Of a stretch of 39,817 nt of DNA, positions 35,156 to 39,817 are shown piece after piece; within the stretch, counting starts at the first letter, position 1, and each line of letters opens with the position of its first letter. The notes under the pieces were generated by a model. The model saw only the letters and a program-made list of their open reading frames with translations. It had not been told where the DNA came from and searched no databases. This stretch comes from Catajapyx aquilonaris (lineage: Eukaryota): the NCBI GenBank assembly GCA_000934665.2, contig KZ538928.1, positions 1-39,817 of the forward strand. Direction: 5' to 3'. The translations under genes and the position numbers were made by a program.

Positions 35156-35593
35156 NCTCTCGTGGGCTAGGGGGGCCAGTTTTTCCCCCGCCGCCTTTCT
35201 CCTCCTCCTCCTCCTCCTCCTTCCACACCCAATCATGCCCCCCATCCCCCCGTCGCCGCCACCGTCGCCGCCACCGTCGCCGCCACCATCCCCCCCTCCT
35301 CCCCTCCCCCTTGCCGCGTGTGCTTTTGCCTGCGTGAGCAGCATATAAGGCCCTATTTGCACATATCTAACTGCCTGGTCCGGATTGGCCGCGATCCTCG
35401 CGTTGCATTCTCGCTTTTGGCGGGAGAGGGGAGGGGATCGTCGGGGGGTGGGTTCGAGCCTCGCTCGGCGCAACCGGGATTTTTCTTCCTGCTCGAGGCG
35501 GCGTTGCCACGATGGCTGGCCAGTGGGGGAGTTGGGGGGGNGGGGGTGGCGGTGCCGCCCTCTGCTGGCACGATTTAACGTTGGGATTCGCAT
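35156..35593 (-). CDS. Possible Arg/Gly-rich basic protein (runs into N gap)
   Basis: Open frame ending (GGGD)n-MGGMIGCG-R8K; low complexity, N at 35541 and gap 35074-35155 make the frame uncertain. Confidence 0.3.
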
Positions 35594-36055
35594 AGTCGGT
35601 GCTGCCACAGCTGCCGGGTTTTTCCGCAGGGGTTCAGCGCAGGCAGCGCTGTAATTTCCGGCTGGGCCAATCGGAGGGCTTCGTTCGGGTTTCCTCCAAA
35701 CTCGTGCTGCGTCCTGGCTCACTTGGCATAGGGCGGGAATTGGCCGCAGTGGCGCTATCCCATGTTAACCCGCATAGACGGTGGCGCCTCGCGCGGGAAA
35801 TAAGCTCCCTAGGTCAAATGAGCCAGGACTTAGCATAAGCTCACTACTCACATCAGAACACACATCAGAAGTTTCTGCGGACCAGCTGTGCTTCCTGGAC
35901 TGACACGCCATGTTTCCTGCACTTGGACCTACGAACATTTTCTCCCTTCACCCCTACCCCCGCCACATTACATTGGTTGGACGTTGTGATTATTCTGATG
36001 ATGTCTTTTTGTGCGTTTGGATGAATTGTGAGTTTGTACAGCCCCGCCTTTTGTT

Positions 36056-36443
36056 TGTGAGGGGGGCACGGTGGCAGTCAGCCTATTGTAGTGGCTGCTG
36101 CCAACAGAGGGCAGCACTGTGGATAGGGTGGGGAGCCACCTGGCGGATGTTGAGGGAAGGTGAAGAGACGAGGCGAGGCAAGGCAAGGGAACAGGGTGGT
36201 TGGGTTGGAGGTGACCTCCTGGTGTCCTGTGTCTGGGGGGCCGTTGGGCCCCATGCCCTGTGCGTAAGTGTTTCTGTGTGTATGCTGGGTATGATTGTGA
36301 GTGTGCAATAAACAGTTTTATACAGTAACTGTGTGACTCCTTTGTCTGGGGTGAGTGGGAGAAAGGGGTCGGGGCTAGGCCTGGTGAGTGTCTGGGTCTG
36401 GTCCCATGTGTCGTGCCCTCTTTAGCCGGGCGGGCACGTCACA
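36056..36443 (+). mobile_element. Possible solo LTR
   Basis: TGTGA...TCACA ends and AATAAA at ~36307; no clear TSD. Confidence 0.35.
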
Positions 36444-36679
36444 ACTTCATGAAAACGGAATAATATTGACACCTACACGTATACCAGTATTGCTTATAAA
36501 GAATGGTACGACTCTGTGAACGAAATGTTTATCCTGTGGCCAACCCCTGGATCGCCAGCATGTTTTTAACCCTTTGACGCCTGAGTTTTTTGGGCCGTTT
36601 TCTTCTGATCTTGGCCAAAATTTGTAGTAGGAGTGATATTAATGAAAAACAATCCTGATGCTATAATATTTATCATTGT

Positions 36680-37082
36680 AACCCTGTAGCGGGCATTGTT
36701 GCCTGAGGGCAACAGTTACATTACGCAATCACCACGAGCTTCAAAGTTGATAATACGGTTGCACACTACGGTTGACAGTAGGTTTGCAGCTTGCAGGATA
36801 GTCGGCCAATGATACCCAGACAGGAGAGAAACCATTTCATTTCTGTGCTCCATGAAAGTACTGTAATGAAAGTGGCGGGTTGACGGAGTATGCTGCATCA
36901 GCAATTATTTTTGGAGCCGCTTTCATAAAGGTGAGGGTATGAAATATCACATTACATAATTGTGTCAAACCATGCAGAATAGTTCTCTTGTCGCCAGTCC
37001 CCACCATTCCTATTTTTGCCGGCACTATCTCATCACAAAGAACTGTTGCCTACAGGCAACGTTGCGCAGTCTGCAGTGTTAA
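36680..37082. mobile_element. piggyBac-like MITE remnant
   Basis: Imperfect inverted ends, each with a gttgcc...ggcaac palindrome; right end followed by TTAA. Confidence 0.4.
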
Positions 37083-37094
37083 TAATATAATAAA

Positions 37095-37999
37095 TAACGA
37101 AAGGGAAGCGCTGCATGCGGGCCCAACATGGCCGCCGGCGGCTATGTTGGGTCCAACGAGATAGAATAGGGTCGGGTAGAGGCCGTAAAGGTCACGTGAT
37201 CTTTGGCGGCCATGCCACTTCACGGCAAGAACATGCGCGAATTTGAAATTGTCGCATTTATAACCCTGTTCTCCTCTGTCTACACTCCTGCCTCCTGGCG
37301 GGGGTGGGAATAAATGGCAGTCTGGTGAAAGCAGCCCACGGACACTACCCCTATCTTCTGGGCTTATCGCCTGCCGAGGGATTACGCTCCGGGTGCTCAC
37401 TTGATAGCGCCATGAGACATTTTCCAGAGCATTTATGTGGCGACCCTACCGGACTAAGGCTGAACTTTATAGGTACGAAGGGGAGGGCTACATGCTGGCC
37501 CAACATGGCCGCAGGCGGCCATGTTGGCCCCCCCAATGTAGCCCTCCCCTTCGTACCTATAAAGTTCAGCCTTAGTCCGGTAGGGTCGCCACATAAATGC
37601 TCTGGAAAATGTCTCATGGCGCTATCAAGTGAGCACCCGGTGCGTAATCCTTCGGCAGGGGGTGGGTGGGGAGCAGGGCCGGCCCTAGGTGGGTGCGGGG
37701 CCTAGGGCAAGAACTAAATGCGGGGCCTATTCTCAGTGAGTGAATTTCTGTACAGCACGAATTGCGTATCCAACAATTTTTTGGCTGACTTTCTATAATA
37801 ACGTACAACTGAGGGGCGTAGACAGAAAATTTTAGGGTGCGGGCCCATAAGCAGTAGAGGGAGGGGAGGAAGCCCGCCGCAGGCGAAATTTTTTTGAAGT
37901 TCAAGGTCACACGAGCTTAGTTGAATGTAGTAGATTTGAATGGGTGTGTATTGATGAAATACTCGTTCAAAATGTCATTAACTCTTGACTTATTTTATG

Positions 38000-38036
<37 letters not shown>

Positions 38037-38765
38037 CCTCTCTCTCTCTCTCTCGGCGCGGGGCCCCCCAGAAGCGCGGGGCTCCGGGCGGTCGCCCGGA
38101 CTGCCCACCCCTAAGGCCGGCTCTGGTGGGGAGTGACCTAACCTGAGTCTTCTACAGCCGTGGGTGAAAGCAACGAGGTATAAAATAGGGTTATATGCCG
38201 CGTAAAGGTCCGCCATCTTTGATGCAATTGAGCGGCCATGTCACTTCACGGAATAACACGCGTGAGGTGGTAAACTCATGCCTAGTTTACCCTCTGGCCG
38301 CATGGCGCTACTGTCTACTTCTGTATACCACCAGCAATGCTCTTTTGCAGGGAAGTGGCATGGCCGCCAATTGCATCAAAGATGGCTGACCTTTACGGCC
38401 TCTAGCCCTATTCATACCTCGTTGCTTTCACCAGACTGCCTTTTCTTCCTAGTCCCGCCAGGAGGCAGGAGAGGAGTTAGAACAGGGTTAGAAATACTAC
38501 AATTTCAAAGTTCTCGCCGTGAAGTGTCATGGCCGCCCGATGACCGCAATTTTGCTTCAAAGATGTCCGACCTTTACGGCCTCTACCCTATTCTATCTCG
38601 TTGGTTGGGTCCCCCAATGTAGCGCTTCCCTTTCGTACCTATAAAGTTCAGTCTAGTCCGGTAGGGTCGCCACTTACCTGGGCTCCGAAATATCTCATGG
38701 CGCTCTCAGGTGAGCACCCGCTGCAAAACGCCCCGGAAGGGGGTGGGTGGGAGTGACCTGACCTT
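37095..38765. repeat. Complex of nested direct and inverted repeats (unclassified element family)
   Basis: Palindromes ~37370-37659 and ~38164-38430; ~37097-37330 inverted versus ~38420-38635; ~37525-37670 direct versus ~38610-38755. Confidence 0.75.
37674..38125. mobile_element. hAT-like MITE containing (CT)n
   Basis: cagggccggccct...aggccggctctg; 8-bp TSD gtggggag at 37666-37673 and 38126-38133. Confidence 0.85.
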
Positions 38766-39720
38766 ACTTATATGACCGTGGTCGCGGACATTCCGAATCT
38801 CCTACAGATATTGGTAGAAAACTATAGTACCGATGTGGAATTTCAACGTTACAGACAAATTCTACAATTATAATTTACACAAAAAACCTTATTTCATGAA
38901 AATTGAATAATATTTGTGCAATTTATGACATATTTCTAGTAGAGTTACTTTCCACACGCCCTATAGTAGCAGTATGCAGAGAACGCGCAGCATTGCCTGA
39001 GGGCAACAATTAATTACTTCATGGGTCATTGGGTCACAGTTGACCAAAACATTAAAAAACGCCATTCTTAGCTCACCTTTGGTGAGAAAAATACTTTGTT
39101 TTTTTTTTCTTCCCAAAATCCTACTTCTGTGCAGTACAAGGTTAACTCGTGGCACCCAGTGGTCCCTTTGAATGTAAAAAGCCGAAAAATTCATCTATAG
39201 GGTGTTCCAGAATTTTTTATAAATGCAATTAACTTTAAACCGTCAAACGGGGTGATATTGTGCCAGGTAGGGAGAGATTGTTCCAGCGCGTTTTTTGGGA
39301 CAACAATGCACCCTGCTGGCAGCAGGCGCAAACTATCGAAATTAGGCATATTCCATTATATTGATAAAATTATGTTCAAGGTTGACGATCACGAAGAGAA
39401 TTCGGGATTGTATCGATAAGGCCCGTAAAATAAATTATTCTTGTTGAAGTTTTGATGTTCATCAAGTTTTGCACATTGTGGTGTAGTAGTGGTTTCCGTG
39501 AGTGACCGGTTGCTTCTCGTAACCAGGTAAGTTCTATTTGGATAACTACATTATCGAAGAGTAAAAATACGAGTTGACGGTTTTTAAATCTGCATTATTA
39601 TTGATACAGGCCCACACTGCAATGTCGATGTATCGTGACCTAAGGTGGGGAGGGATAAAGGGTGACAGGAGAAGGGAGAGAGAGGCCGTAGTCTCATTTA
39701 TAAGCAGAGTGGCACTTTTA

Positions 39721-39803
<83 letters not shown>

Positions 39804-39817
39804 AACAACAACAACAA
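39721..39817 (+). repeat. (AAT)n then (CAA)n microsatellite
   Basis: Directly visible; may be the tail of a retroposon beyond the window. Confidence 0.95.

Larger units (their letters stand above)
29146..35848. mobile_element. Polinton/Maverick (adintovirus-like) endogenous viral element; left end uncertain (candidate 28186)
   Basis: Compact intronless GC-rich cluster of MCP, mCP, core protein, PLA2-integrase, exonuclease-like and A32 ATPase genes; ends in ACTACT (AGTAGT on the minus strand) at 35843-35848. Confidence 0.9.

Noticed and set aside
39411..39418. DRE motif TATCGATA (also 21775-21782)
   Set aside because: Isolated 8-mers with no supported transcription start nearby

Overview
Eukaryotic, most likely insect/arthropod, genomic DNA with small assembly gaps. 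It holds two spliced host genes on the minus strand. The first is a complete 5-exon cornichon homolog 4 gene (CDS 16656->9392, 154 aa) whose first intron has U12-type (minor spliceosome) signals. The second is the 3' end of an ankyrin-repeat gene resembling nuclear IkB proteins (exons 24914->21977). Introns and intergenic DNA are packed with MITEs/foldback elements, tRNA- and RTE-derived SINEs and transposase relics. The stand-out feature is a GC/CpG-rich, intronless, virus-like island (about 29146-35848, possibly from 28186) of the Polinton/Maverick/adintovirus type. It encodes major and minor capsid proteins, a putative core protein, a single ORF fusing a parvovirus-type PLA2 domain to an rve integrase and chromodomain, a frameshifted exonuclease-like gene and an A32-like packaging ATPase. 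It ends in ACTACT, the reverse complement of the Polinton AGTAGT terminus. No protein-primed PolB, adenain protease or long TIRs are visible, and the capsid gene is cut by a TTAA-targeting element. It is either a compact helper-dependent element or a deleted Maverick. All protein calls come from motif recognition by eye, with no database searches.
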